From Balanoglossus misakiensis (taxonomy: Eukaryota; Animalia; Hemichordata), in assembly GCA_040954595.2 (NCBI GenBank), contig CM082594.2, positions 332,208-396,207 on the forward strand: 64,000 nt of DNA, given 5' to 3'. The position numbers were made by a program, and so were the translations under genes. This document shows positions 1 through 13,520 of the stretch, piece after piece (the first letter of the stretch is position 1; the number at the start of each line of letters is the position of its first letter). The notes below the pieces were generated by a model. The model was not told the DNA's origin. It made no database searches and worked only from the letters and a program-made list of their open reading frames with translations.

Positions 1-671
1 AGAATGAATATGTCTTGAGTGGTATAGGTGGTTAATATTTGTTTCTTAGTGGTCTTAATTTACTCCAGAATAATGGGTGTAATGTTGTATCTGTTACTAG
101 CGTTAGCTTTGGCATTGTGGTTGTAGTGGTATAAAATAACAGAAATAATAATGTAAGTAAAGGTTTAATTTAACCATAAATATACGTTACACAGAGATGT
201 ATTTTCATCCAGACAATCAGTCACATTCATCTTAAATATTCGTCAGAATTGGTAGCCTAATGTTTATGCATAGTTCAAGTTTGCATTACATACTTTGTGA
301 TTCTGTGTACAGAGTTTTGCAAAGCAAATGTGTTTGTACAAACCAGGGTAAAATGATCCTAGTACATAGAGCTGTTGGTGAAAATTTATGACTGGTATAG
401 ATATATATCATTGATATGCCTGTTATTAAATGAATTAAATAAAGTTTTCTTTTTTTCTAGGAATGCACTTCATATGAATCCCTGTTGCCTCGTATCATTT
501 TAATGTACAAATGTAGCAGCCATTTTGCTTGACATGTAAAATATATCATGTAACGGGTTCGTCTGTGTTTCAGACAAAATGCATGCATGCAAATTTAAAT
601 ACAGTTACCATGGTAAATGGAGATCTGTACTAACTGGTACAGCAGTTTTAACCGTAACATAGCGGTGTTGA

Positions 672-1162
672 ATATGATAATACTGGTGGTGATAATAGTG
701 ATGACAATGAATGTGAATCTGGTGGTACTGGTGATACTGATTAAGATAATAATGGTGGTGATGGTGATGATGATGGTGATGATGGTGATAATAATGGTGG
801 TGATGGTGATACTGATGGTGATAATAGTGGTGGTGATGGTGATGATGATGATAATAATGGTGGTGATGGTGATGATGATGGTGATAATAATGGTGGTGAT
901 GGTGATACTGATGGTGATAATAGTGGTGGTGATGGTGATAATGATGGTGATGATAGTGATAATAATGGTGATGATGGTGATAATGATGGTGATGATGGTG
1001 ATAATAATGGTAGTGATGGTGATACTGATGGTGATGATGGTGATAATAATGGTGGTGATGGTGATAATGATGGTGATGATTGTGATACTGATGGTGATGG
1101 TGGTGATACTGATGGTGATGGTGATAATAATGGTTTAGATGGTGATACTGATGATGATGGTG

Positions 1163-1224
<62 letters not shown>

Positions 1225-1225
1225 A
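672..1225. repeat. (GAT/GGT/AAT)n compound trinucleotide microsatellite
   Basis: Directly visible; explains the low-complexity M/V/I ORF 617..1138. Confidence 0.95.
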
Positions 1226-1497
1226 CTTATAAAAATAAAAATATCATACTCACATGTAATGACACAAAGCTTTGTAAATGGGTGATCTGCTGGGTGCAGT
1301 CATGCTCTCAGGTGTTTTTTATTAAAACTTGCACACATGTGGGTGTTCCCATTCTGACCTGGCCAGTCAGATTTGGGGATGTCATAACCTTGCACTCTCA
1401 AACATGAAATACCGTATAAGTAACCACGCACTCAGAAGTTTCTGATTTATCAAACTAGTTAATAATATTACACTATGGAATTTGTGGTGTTATAACA

Positions 1498-4156
1498 TGA
1501 ACAGTGTTTCACAATTGTAAACAAACAACCTGTGTGAAACCAGGGTGTTCTTATTGATAATGATGGGGGAAGGGGGTTGTCAGTGATTACAAATTTTTGT
1601 GTCAGGTACTGTAGCTTGATATGAGAACTTTAAACTAACCTGCAGTATTAAAATGCTGCACCATGATGTGATTAATTTCATTAATAATTTTACCAAGCAT
1701 GTGTTCTTAAGGGAACAATGTTTCACAATCGTAAACAAACAACCTGTGTGAACCAATGTGTTCATAATGATGGGGTAGGGGGTTTCAGCTATTACAATTT
1801 TTTGTTTCAGGTACTGTAACTTGATATGAAAACTTTGAACTAATCTGCAGTATTAAAATGCTGCACCATGTTGTGTTGTACCATTAATAATTTTACTATG
1901 CTTGTGTTATTAAGTGAACAGTGTTTCACAATCATAAACGAACAGCCAGTGTGGTAATGATCGGGGGTGGGGGTTGTCAGGGGTGGGGGGTGTCAGCGAT
2001 TACAAATTTTTGTTTCAGGTACTGTAGCTTGATATGAAAACTTTGAACTAATCTGCAGTATTAAATTGCTGCACCATGATGTGTTTTATCATTAATAATT
2101 TTGCCATGCTTGTCTTATTAAGTAAACAGTGTTTCACGATCATAAACAAACAATCTGTGTGAAACCAATGTGTTCTAATTGGTAATGATCGGGGGTGGGG
2201 GTTGTCAGTGATTACAAATTTTTGTTTCAGGTACTGTAGCTTGATATGAAAACTTTGAACTAATCTGCAGTATTAAATTGCTGCACCATGATGTGTTTTA
2301 TCATTAATAATTCTACTATGCTTGTGTTAATTAAGTGAACAGTGTTTCACGAATGTAAACAAGTAACCAACGTGAAACCAAGGTGTTCTAATTGGTAATG
2401 ATCGGGTGTGGGAGGTGTCAGGGTTGGGGGGTGTAAGTGATTACAATTTTTTGTTTCAGGTACTGTAGCTTGATATGAAAACCTTGAACTAATCTGCAGT
2501 ATTAAATGCTGCACCATGATGGGTTTTATCATTAAAAATTTTACCATGCTTGTGTTAATTAAGTGAACAGTGTTTCACAATCGTAAACAAACAACCTGTG
2601 TGAAACCATGGTGTTCTAATTGGTAATGATCGGGTGTGGGAGGTGTCAGGGTTGGGGGGTGTAAGTGATTACAATTTTTTGTTTCAGGTACTGTAGCTTG
2701 ATATGAAAACTTTGAACTAATCTGCAGTATTAAAATGCTGCACCATGATGTGTTTTATCATTAATAATTCTACTATGCTTGTGTTAATTAAGTGAACAGT
2801 GTTTCACAATCGTAAACAAACAACCTGTGTGAAACCAAGTGTTCAAATTGATAATGATTGGGGGAGGGGGGTGTCAGCGATAATAAATTTTTGTTTCAGG
2901 TACTGTTGCTTGATATGAAAACCTTGAACTAATCTGCAGTATTAAAATGCTGCACCATAATGTGTTTTATCATTAATAATTTGATTATGCTTGTGTTCTT
3001 AAGTGAACAGTGTTTCACAATCGTAAACAAACAACCTGTGTGAACCAAGGTGTTCATCATGATCGGGGGTGGGGGTGTCAGTGATCACAAATTTTTGTTT
3101 CAGGTACTGTAGCTTGATATGAAAACTTTGAACTAACCTGCAGTATTAATTAAAATGCTGCACCATATTTAGTGAACAGTGTTTCACAATCATAAACAAA
3201 CAACCTATGTGAAACCAAGCGTTCTAATTGATAATGATGGGGGGAGGGGGATGTTAGTGATCACAAATTTTTGTGTCAGGTACTGTAGCTTGATATGAAA
3301 ACCTTGAACTAATCTGCAGTATTAAAATGCTGCACCATAATGTGTTTAATCATTAATAATTTGACTATGCTTGTGTTCTTAAGTGAACAGTGTTTCACAA
3401 TCGTAAACAAACAACCTGTGTGAACCAAGGTGTTCATCATGATCGGGGGTGGGGGGTGTCAGGGGAGGGGGGTGTCAGTGATTACAAATTTTTGTTTCAG
3501 GTACTGTAGCTTGATATGAAAAGTTTGACCTAACCTGCAGTATTAAAATGCTGCACCATATTTAGTGAACAGTGTCTCACAATCGTAAACAAACAACCTG
3601 TGTGAAACCAAGTGTTCAAATTGATAATGATGGGGGGAGGGGGGTGTCAGCCATAATAAATTTTTGTTTCAGGTACTGTAGCTTGATATGAAAACCTTGA
3701 ACTAATCTGCAGTATTAAAATGCTGCACCATAATGTGTTTTATCATTAATAATTTAACTATGCTTGTGTTCTTAAGTGAACAGTGTTTCACAATCGTAAA
3801 CAAACAACCTGTGTGAAACCAAGTGTTCTAATTGATAATGATGGGGGGTGGGGGGTGTCAGGGGTGGGGGGTGTAAGAGATTACAAAGTTTTGTTTCAGG
3901 TACTGTAGCTTGATATGAAAACTTTGAACTAACCTGCAGTATTAATAAAATGCTGCACCATGATGTGTTTTATCATTAATAATTTTACTATGCTTGTGTT
4001 ATTAAGTGAACAGTGTTTCACAATCGTAAACAAATAACCTGTGTGAACCAAGGTGTTCATAATGATGGGGGTGGGGGTGCCAGCGATTCATAATGATGGG
4101 GGTGTCAGTGATTACAAATTTTTGTTTCAGGTACTGTAGCTTGATATGAAAACTTC
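1498..4156. repeat. Minisatellite, ~13 copies of a ~175-240 bp unit
   Basis: Core TTTTTGTTTCAGGTACTGTAGCTTGATATGAAAAC recurs at about 1603, 1808, 2016, 2228, 2457, 2685, 2897, 3101, 3277, 3498, 3670, 3897 and 4128. Length varies through a G-rich segment and an optional internal deletion. Confidence 0.95.
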
Positions 4157-4729
4157 CAGACAGTGTTTGCATTGAACCGGTAATTGTGATCACAATTGAT
4201 GTGTCTCAAATGCATGATTTCTTTCCAGATTAAATAATATGATATAACATTGCATTGTATAACATTTATGTTCCAGATCTGTATTTAATTGTGTTTTAAT
4301 ACCATCCAGTCAGTTTCACCAACAGCTCATTGTCTAAATTCCCCCTTTTCATCAGTGAAGTTAGCACTCGTTTGAAAATTGGAAAATAATTTACATAAAA
4401 TGGCTGTTTTGGAAATTGCAGTACTTTAGTAAAAGAACATTCAGAATTACTGGTGTATAATGTCAGCTATGCGTATAAAAAAATTGCCATTTGAAATTTT
4501 AATATTATAATATTCTTAGACTTAAAAATTTACAAACTGATAATAATAAACATATAATATTTTAGAGTATAATACAATCACCTCAGCTAGATTAACAAAC
4601 TAGTGACTTTGTAGAATGCTGTTGGTTGACAGTTTCTGATTTTCATGGGTCATTCAACATTTTGATTTTATTTCTGTTAATGTTGGTGATGGTGTTGGCA
4701 GTTTTGATGTTAATTGTTATTGCTAGTTG

Positions 4730-4780
4730 TTATGGTGATGGCATTGATGGTTGTACTGATGTTGATGACGGTTGTGATGG

Positions 4781-4815
<35 letters not shown>

Positions 4816-4854
4816 GTGATGATGATGGCAATGATGGTGATGATGATGATGATT

Positions 4855-4886
<32 letters not shown>

Positions 4887-4893
4887 AATGATA
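4730..4893. repeat. (GAT)n microsatellite
   Basis: Directly visible; explains the poly-D and poly-M ORFs. Confidence 0.95.
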
Positions 4894-5494
4894 AATAAGA
4901 AATGTGTTGTTTTCTCATTAATCCTCAGCCATGGAACTTAAATATTCTGCTGAATTTGTATTGATTAGTAGGCTTAGCTTTAAGTGATAATTTAGTACTT
5001 ATGTCTGATGATTTTAGGGAATAACTTTTGAAAACTACATTAATAATTTTGCAGTTTTTATCACTGTGTATTTTTCTTAAACCCACAACTGGGCATAAAT
5101 TGTAATGGCAATTTTCCAGTAAGGAGCTAAACCCAGTGAATGGTATAGTTTAGCAATTACAATGTACATAATATATAGACAGGTGATAATTACAGGAATA
5201 ATTTTAAATTTGTAGAAATTTAGTCCCCCATAATGATTAGTTGACTGAGTACCGGTCCATGTTTCTCCCATAGAAATATAAATATTTTCACATTTTGTTA
5301 GTCTATTGGATAAATAAATAAGTTTATCAGATCCTAGAGTTTTACAATGGTTAATGTACATCAGATAGCTAACTACCCACCAGATTAAAAGGGAAAATAC
5401 AATGTAAGTGTACCATAGGTAACATTAAACTCAACCAGTCTATGATAATCAATTAATATTTACTATTTATTATTTGTTGCAGGTGTTGGGGATT

Positions 5495-6485
5495 GTTAGC
5501 AGCCAAGTTGGAGTTCATAGCAGTTAGTTATAATTGTCTATTTACACGTTTTTTCTCATTAGTTTCAGATTTCCATGATGCCCAATATCCTCCTGTCCAG
5601 ATGCCAAGTTGGTAACCAGGTAACATGATTCCTATGGTGTGAGTATGCAAATTAATGGCTCATGGCTTGCAGTCATGTGACATCTCCGTGTCTCTTGTGA
5701 TTTCCTGGACACGTTGCCCTAGTCGCCTTGAAACCAGAAACGACTGAGCACCCAACGAGAAATAATTATAGATTGGAGCCAAGTTGAAGTTCATAGCAGT
5801 CAGTAATAATTGTCTATTTACACAAATTTTCTCATTAGTTTCAGATTACCATGATGCCCAATATCCTCCTGTCCAGATGCCAAGTTGGTAACCGGGTAAC
5901 ATGATTCCTATGGTGTGAGTATGCAAATAAATGGCTCATGGCTTGCAGTCATGTGACATCTCCGTGTCTCTTGTGTTATCCTGGACACTTTGCACTAGTC
6001 GCCTTTGAACCAGAAACAACTGAGCACCCAACGAGAAATAATTATGGATTGGAGCCAAGTTGAAGTTCATAACAGTCAGTTATAATTGTCTATTTACACA
6101 ATTTTTTCTCATTAGTTTCAGATTTCCATGATGCCCAATATCCTCCTGTCCAGATGCCAAGTTGGTAACCAGGTAACATGATTCCTATGGTGTGAGTATG
6201 CAAAATAATGGCTCATGGCTTGCAGTCATGTGACATCTCCGTGTCTCTGTGTTTTCCTGGACACTTTGCACTAGTCGCCTTTGAACCAGAAACAACTGAG
6301 CACCCAACGAGAAATAATTATGGATTGGAGCCAAGTTGAAGGTCATAGCAGTCAGTTATAATTGTCTATTTACACAATTTTGTCTCATTAGTTTCAGATT
6401 TCCATGATGCCCAATATCCTCCTGTCCAGATGCCAAGTTGGTAACCAGGTAACATGATTCCTGTGGTGTGAGTATGCAAATTAAA
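5495..6485. repeat. Tandem repeat, ~3.6 copies of a ~277-bp unit
   Basis: GTTTCAGATT(T/A)CCATGATGCCC at about 5562, 5839, 6115 and 6391. Confidence 0.95.
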
Positions 6486-6514
6486 TTTGAGTAACCAGCC
6501 ATTGAAGTACATTA

Positions 6515-8790
6515 CATTCATGAAGACAGGAGATCATCTCTGTCCATAGATATATTTTACCATTATGTTGTTTGACACAGAAATACTTATTAGCATATTT
6601 TCCATTTTTTGCAGAAAGGGGTATCTAGCTGTTGATCAAAATCTGCCAAACTAGATGTATATTCAAGCCTGTAAAGCAGTACAGTAGTTTGCAAGGGTAA
6701 CATAAGATAATTATTGTTCTTCTAAGATTTCCTTTACCCCATAGATGACAGCATAGAATTTAATTGCTCATTTTGGAGGGCAGTGTGTGACTTATTGTAT
6801 TGTCCATCCAGGAGATTATCCTTACATTTTACTGCCTTATTTTTTGACACTAAAATACTGTCATATTTTCCATTTTTGTAGATAATAGTTTCTCTCTGGT
6901 GATCAACATTGATGATCTGTCGAACTGGATGTGTGTACACATCTTGGTATTACTCGATCTTTCCGCAGCATTTGACACTGTGAACCATACCATTTTACTC
7001 AATCGCTTAAGAGACCGCTTCGGTCTCTCAGATACTGTTCTCATGTGGTTTAAGTCTTACCTTTCCAATCGTAGTCAGTGTGTACTTGTAAATTCCACCC
7101 AATCACCTTTCTATCCGCTCGACACTGGGGTACCACAGGGATCAGTTCTTGGTCCCATACTTTTCAATATGTACACGTCTCCATTAGGTGAATTAGTTCA
7201 AAGTCATGGTTGTCTTTATAGTTTTTTATGCAGATGACTCTTCACTTTATATGTCTTTTAGTAAAGACAACGCAGCAAGAACTGTTTCAAATCTTGAACT
7301 TTGTATTTCTGATGTTAGGTTTTGGATGTCTGAAAACTTCTTGTGCTTAAACGATGATAAGACTGAATTTGTTATTTTCTCTGGTATTTTGGGTGATCTG
7401 TCTGCTAGAGGGATTTCAGAAATTCGTGTTGGCGATTCTCTGATTCCCGTCCATTGTCAGGCTAAGAGCCTTGGAGTGATCCTTGACTCTTGTCTGACAA
7501 TGAAGCCACATATTGGACAGATCTGCCGCTCTGCCACTTTTAATTTACGTCGCATTGCGCTTATCCGCAAATATTTATCTCATTCAGCTACAGAGCAATT
7601 AGTTCATGCATTCATTACGTCTCGAATTGATTCATGTAATTCACTTTTATTTGGGCTCCCGAAGTATTCAATCAACCGTATCCAACGCGTTCAGAATATT
7701 GCTGCTAGAATTGTAACTCGTTCTAAAATCACCTGTCACATCACTCCAATTTTGTATCAGTTGCACTGGCTACCTGTTACAGAGCGTATTGTTTTTAAGA
7801 TGTTAGTTCTCATTTTTAAATCCATTCATAAACTTGGTCCAATCTATCTTTCTAGCATGACTAATCTATATGTTCCATGTCGCAATTTAAGGTCAGCTGA
7901 TCAGTTCAAACTCTGCCCTGTTCGATTACGCACCAAGAGTTATGGTGATCGTGCTTTTACTGTTGCTGCTCCAATTCTTTGGAATAATCTTCCACTCACC
8001 ATTCGCCAGGCACCAGACTTATCTGTTTTTAAATCAAATGTTAAAACTTTACTTTTTAAATCTGTTTTTTAGCCATTTGTTGTATTGTACTTTTGCTTTA
8101 AGCGTCATTGATCACATTTTTTTTGTGGATACTGACGCTATACAAATAAATTATTATTATTGTTATTATTACATGCCTGTATTGCAGCCAATTGGTGTCT
8201 GAGGGTAACATATAAGATAATTCTTTTTCTCCTAAAGATTTCCTAGACCCCATAGATGAATGCATATAATTTAATTGCTCATTTTGGAGGGCAGTGTGTG
8301 ACTTATTGTATTGTCCATCCAGGAGATCATCTGTCCATACATTTTACTGTCATGTTTTTTGACACTAAAATACTTTGTCATATTTTCCATTTTTGCAGAT
8401 AATGGTTTCTCTCTGGTGATCAACATTGATCTGTCGAACTGGATGTGTGTACATGCCTGTATTGCAGCCAAGTGGTGTCTGAGGGTAACATAAGATAATT
8501 CTTATTCTGTTAAAGATTTCCTAGACGCCATGGATGACAGCATAGAATTTAATTGCTCATTTGGAGGCCCCTGTACAACGTATTGTATTGTTCATGAAGA
8601 CAGGAGATCATCTCTGTCCATATAGTTACATTTTGCCGTGCTGTTTGACACAGAAATACTTATTGGCATATTTTTCATTTTTGCAGATAACAGTCACTGG
8701 TCCCTGTGATGAGTAATGTCTATCAACATAGATCTGTGCATGCTTGTACCGGTATAGCCGCCAAGCACTTCAAAGGTAACATAGCATTAA
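6515..8790. repeat. Degenerate ~280-bp tandem repeat (about 4 copies) interrupted by an L2 LINE
   Basis: CAGGAGATCATC...TTTGACAC...TTTTCCATTTTTGCAGA...AGGGTAACATAAGATAATT recurs near 6527, 6810, 8320 and 8601. Confidence 0.85.
6940..8169 (+). mobile_element. 5'-truncated L2-clade non-LTR retrotransposon (RT domain to 3' end), one frameshift
   Basis: ORFs 6899..7237 and 7206..8072 give LDLSAAFDTVNH, GVPQGSVLGP, YADD, LQRVQNIAAR-type motif and LHWLPV, with a frameshift in the T-run near 7222. The 3' UTR has a stem AGCGTCA...TGACGCT, AATAAA and a (TTA)n tail. TACA occurs at both ends (6936-6939, 8170-8173). Confidence 0.93.
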
Positions 8791-10179
8791 CCTTACGGGC
8801 CACTGATAATAAAAGTCGATGCATTCCTTCATTTTACTTGATAGCAAGCCCCCCCCCCTACTTGATAGCAACCCCCCCACCCCACCCCCTGAAATGCTCC
8901 TATACACATCCATATTATATAAAAACACTGGAAGTGCACATGGTCGGTATATACTGTGTGCTTCAGTCGGGATAAATATTCATCCAGCAATGCATGATGA
9001 ACTGGGTCTGATTTTATAGCATTTATGCCCACAGCTGGTCTTTCCACTTATTCATAATTACTGTACAGAGAGAGGAGTCAACGCCATACTCGGAATACTG
9101 TAACTGATGTCCAATCCATCCTATTGCTTTCTCTTCCAATATGCATTCAACCAGTTCATTGCCTGATGAAAAACAGCAGATTTTTTAACTTGTAGTTTCG
9201 CGGACTTCAATTCACTCTTTTGACGCGGGCTTATCTTCATTTGGTAGAGTTTTAAGGGAGTGTCACGCCAGACAAAAATACAAAAGTGGGGCCCAAGTGT
9301 GTTCTACCACCATATTACATAGTGATCAAGAAGTGACCTGATCAGATGTTGTCACATCCTGGGCCCCTTTTTTACCCATGTTCAGTGTTTGACAGGAGCA
9401 TATTTTCCTTTCTGTGTGAATGTTGAATGTCTCTTATTTGCTGTAATCAATCAATCAATACAAGGTGAGTGTTATGTCGTCTTTCTGTGCATAGGCAAGA
9501 AGAGGATACATGTATGAATGCAGAAGCCCCAGTGAATCGGATGCAGAGAAGTTTCCTTCCAGGATGACTTTATTTTACTGACTTTGATTCCATCGTCATT
9601 CCAAGAATAGAACTTCTCCCACGGGACGAAATTGAACATTAATCAATCCCTTCCTCATTTATATGATCTGTATTACAAATGTATTATTCTGATAGCATTT
9701 TTTGTCATTGTGTCAGAGAGAGAGGGTTTAAGTAGGTTAAAACTAAATTGTACACTTCAGTTTGCCAACACTGCTAAATTATCACCATGATTTATTCAGC
9801 ATAACCTGAAGGTTGTTGAATCCTATAGGCACAATAAGCATTGCATGTAGCAAGCAATTAGTGTAAATTTACGTTAATTGCACAGGGTACAGGAGCCTTC
9901 AGGGGTTTACTGTTTAGCTTTGTAGCATAATTGCACCCACATATAAAGAAAAAGTCAAGTTAAGATATTAAAGCCGAATGGTAAACAGAATACAAAAGGG
10001 TTTACAGCATTAGTCCTGTATTGACACAGAAAGCAAATATGACAATGAACAGTTGACCAACATTGAACATTTTTTGACTGGCTCTCTCTCTCTCTCTCTA
10101 TAAACTTGGACGGTCATTTTTCCAGAATGTACTGGATATAGGCATGATTTACTAGTATTGTACATTTATTCATCCATCC

Positions 10180-10308
10180 ATCCATTCATTCATACATACA
10201 TACATACATACATACATACATACATACATTTATTCATTCATTCATTCACTCGTTCATTCATTCATTTATTTATATATTTATTTGTGTCGTTGTATGTTTG
10301 CATGTACC

Positions 10309-10340
<32 letters not shown>

Positions 10341-10397
10341 CATGTATGTATGTATGTATGTATGTATGTATGTATGTATGTATGTATGTATGTATGT

Positions 10398-10475
<78 letters not shown>

Positions 10476-10479
10476 TGTA

Positions 10480-10510
<31 letters not shown>

Positions 10511-10557
10511 ATGTCTGTCTGTCTGTCTGTCTGTATGTATGTATGTATGTATGTATA
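10180..10557. repeat. Compound microsatellite (CATA/CATT/TG/TATG/TA/TCTG)
   Basis: Directly visible. Confidence 0.95.
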
Positions 10558-10589
10558 TTTTCAAAATTGTTGGATGCCTCGGAGTACTC

Positions 10590-11238
10590 TCTGTGTTGTG
10601 TTTTCAAATTCCTATTCGAATTGTCGACATTTTTGGGTGTCTGTGACTACTCTCTCGTCACATTCTGGCCTCTGTGTTTGCTGTAGTTGTGTTTTCGAAT
10701 TCTTATTCGAATTGTCGACATTTTTGGGTGTCTGTGGCTACTCTCTCGTCACATTCTGGCCTCTGTGTTTGCCGTGGTTGTGTTTTCGAATTCATATTCG
10801 AATTGTCGACATTTTTGGGTGTCTGTGACTACTCTCTCGTCACATTCTGGCCTCTGTGTTTGCCGTGGTTGTGTTTTCGAATTCATATTCGAATTGTCGA
10901 CATTTTTGGGTGTCTGTGACTACATCTCGTCACATTTTGGCCTCTGTGTTTGCCGTGGTTGTGTTTTCGAATTCTTATTCGAATTGTCGACATTTTTGGG
11001 TGTCTGTGACTACATCTAGTCACATTTTGGCCTCTGTGTTTGCCGTAGTTGTGTTTTCGAATTCATATTCGAATTGTCAACATTTTTGGGTGTCTGTGAC
11101 TACTCTCTCGTCACATTCTGGCCTCTGTGTTTGCCGTGGTTGTGTTTTCGAATTCATATTCGAATTGTCGACATTTTTGGGTGTCTGTGACTACTCTCTC
11201 ATCACATTCTGGCCTCTGTGTTTGCCGTGGTTGTGTTC
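10590..11238. repeat. Minisatellite, 7 copies of a 90-91 bp unit
   Basis: TTGTCGACATTTTTGGGTGTC at 10621, 10712, 10803, 10894, 10984, 11074 (variant) and 11165. Confidence 0.95.
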
Positions 11239-11959
11239 TTTCCGCGCCTAGGATGTTTTTGGTCATCTGATGAAGCTGGTTCTCTACAAGATCCCAAGAA
11301 TCCCAAGATTGCAGTCCGTCTTCAAGCAATTTATGTTTTTGCGCGCGCGCGCGTGCGTCTGTCGCTTGCTCCGTTGTACTTTCCCATATTATAAATAAAG
11401 AATACGGTATGTATGTGTGTGCATTTTAAAATTTTTAGGATTTTATTATCTGTCTGTGTTCTTTTTCCTATGTTTTTAGGGTATGTCTTTAATGAATTTT
11501 TCCAATGGCTATAACAGATGAGAAGGTTTCAATTGCAATATGTTTTATAATACCATAGTTTAGCATGACTAACTTAATTTCATGATGAGAAAAATATTTC
11601 AATAAATACTTCAAGTCCTCTAAAACATGCAATAGATCCTTCAAGTCCAGTGTAGTTTCCTGGGATCAGTTCATTAGTTGGGGTTTTTTTGTTTGCGTAG
11701 TATTCAACAGTTAGATATGTTGGTATATCTATTTTATGGTCACGTCTTGCCCACTGAGTCTGTCGATGATCAATAGATTTTCCCCGCATTGCTAGCGAGT
11801 CCCACACAACGACGGCCCCAATCAACAGACTCAGTGCACAAGTAGGTTCTTTAATATTACCTTAATGATTTTGCCTTTACTTGACATAATTAAGTATTTT
11901 CATATCACACTTTTAATGCATTTGCATCGTTGCATGTATATGCATTGTGTGATTACTAG

Positions 11960-13520
11960 GTTTATAGTGCTTTGATTTTTGATGAATTTTTTTCTTTTTA
12001 AATACATAAATAATGTGTTTGCAGTAGCCATATAGGCATAATTGTTTTTTTTTGGCGGGGGGGGGGGGGTATATTGGTGAATTTGCTCTTAAATTGAATA
12101 GCATTGAGCCTATGCAACATGGCTTACAGGCAACACATTATTTAAACTTTGTGGACAATAAAAAAACTTCACATTGTGGAGTTTTCTTTATTTTATACAC
12201 TTTTAGTTTTGAGTTATTTAAACGCACATCTTTAGCCTTTTTCCTCAATGTTCGAGGGTCTTTAATGAACTTTTTTCCAATGGCTGTATCAGACGAGGTA
12301 ATTTGCTTTGGCTTGACATTGCCAAGTATTTATGCATCGTCTGAGTGTTTGCAGTCCTTTGATTTTATTGATGAAAATTTCCTTTATAAGAACATAAATA
12401 ATGTGTTTGCAGAAGCCATGTATTCATAATTGTTTTGTTTTGATTGTATTTTTTTTTGGGGGGGGGGCAGTAAATTCGCTAAAAAATTGAATGGCATGGA
12501 GATCATGCATCGTGGGTTACAGTCAACACATTATTTACAATGATATACTTCTGTTTAAGAAGTTTTATACACATTCAGTTTTCAGTTATTTTACATTTTA
12601 ACATTCCTCTTTTTCCTCAATTTAAGAGGGTCTTTCACATTTTCAAGTGACTTTATCAGATAAGATTTTAATTTGCTAAATAATGTGTTTGCAGAAGCCA
12701 TAAATTCATAATTGTTTTGTTTGTATTTCGGGGGGAGGGTAGTAAATCAGTAAATTTGCTCATAAATTGAATGGCATGGAGATCATGCATCATGGCTTGC
12801 AGGCAACGCATTATTTACAATGATATACTTCTTTTCAAGAAGTTTTCTCTATTTTATACACATTTAGTTTTCAGTTATTTTACATTTGAACATTCTTTTT
12901 TTCCTTAATTTAAGAGGGTCTTTCACATTTTCAAGTGACTTTATCAGATAAGATTTTAATTTGCTAAATAATGTGTTTGCAGAAGCCATATATTCATAAT
13001 TGTTATGTTTGTATTTCGGGGGGAGGGTAGTAAATCAGTAAAAATGCTCATAAATTGAATGGCATGGAGATCATGCATCATGGCTTACAGGCAACACATT
13101 ATTTACAATGATATACTTCTTTTTAAGAAGTTTTATACACATTCAGTTTTCAGTTATTTTACATTTTAACATTCCTCTTTTTCCTCAATTTAAGAGGGTC
13201 TTTCACATTTTCAAGTGACTTTATCAGATAAGATTTTAATTTGCTAAATAATGAGTTTGCAGAAGCCATATATTCATAATTGTTTTGTTTTGTTTGTATT
13301 TCTGGGGGAGGGTAGTAAATCAGTAAATTCGCTCATAAATTGAATGGCATGGAGATCATGCATCATGGCTTACAGGCAACACATTATTTACACTTTTCTG
13401 ACAGTAAAATACTTTCAATTTGCTTTTGAAGATTTCAACATTCATCTACATTTTCCCCCCAATTTTGGGGGATCATCAATGAAGTCTTCGCAGTGGCTGT
13501 AACTGATGAGGTTTCCTGCG
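11960..13520. repeat. Degenerate tandem repeat, ~285-bp unit (3 similar central copies, diverged flanking copies)
   Basis: AATAATGTGTTTGCAGAAGCCAT...AAATTGAATGGCATGGAGATCATGCATC recurs near 12010, 12400, 12680, 12968 and 13250. Confidence 0.85.

Noticed and set aside
617-1138. 173-aa hydrophobic M/V/I ORF (also 4626..4941 and 10158..10828 ORFs)
   Set aside because: These are translations of microsatellites that lack stop codons; there is no protein-like complexity.
9022-9162. Minus-strand acceptor followed by 46 open codons (NELVECILEEKAIGWIGHQLQYSEYG...)
   Set aside because: No recognisable homology, and an open frame of this length is plausible by chance.
10590-11238. CRISPR-like regular palindromic repeats
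   Set aside because: The intervening sequences are themselves repeated (no unique spacers), there are no cas genes, and the context is eukaryotic.
11261-11300. CTGATGA hammerhead ribozyme core
   Set aside because: No downstream stem II-GAAA element or closing helices are visible.
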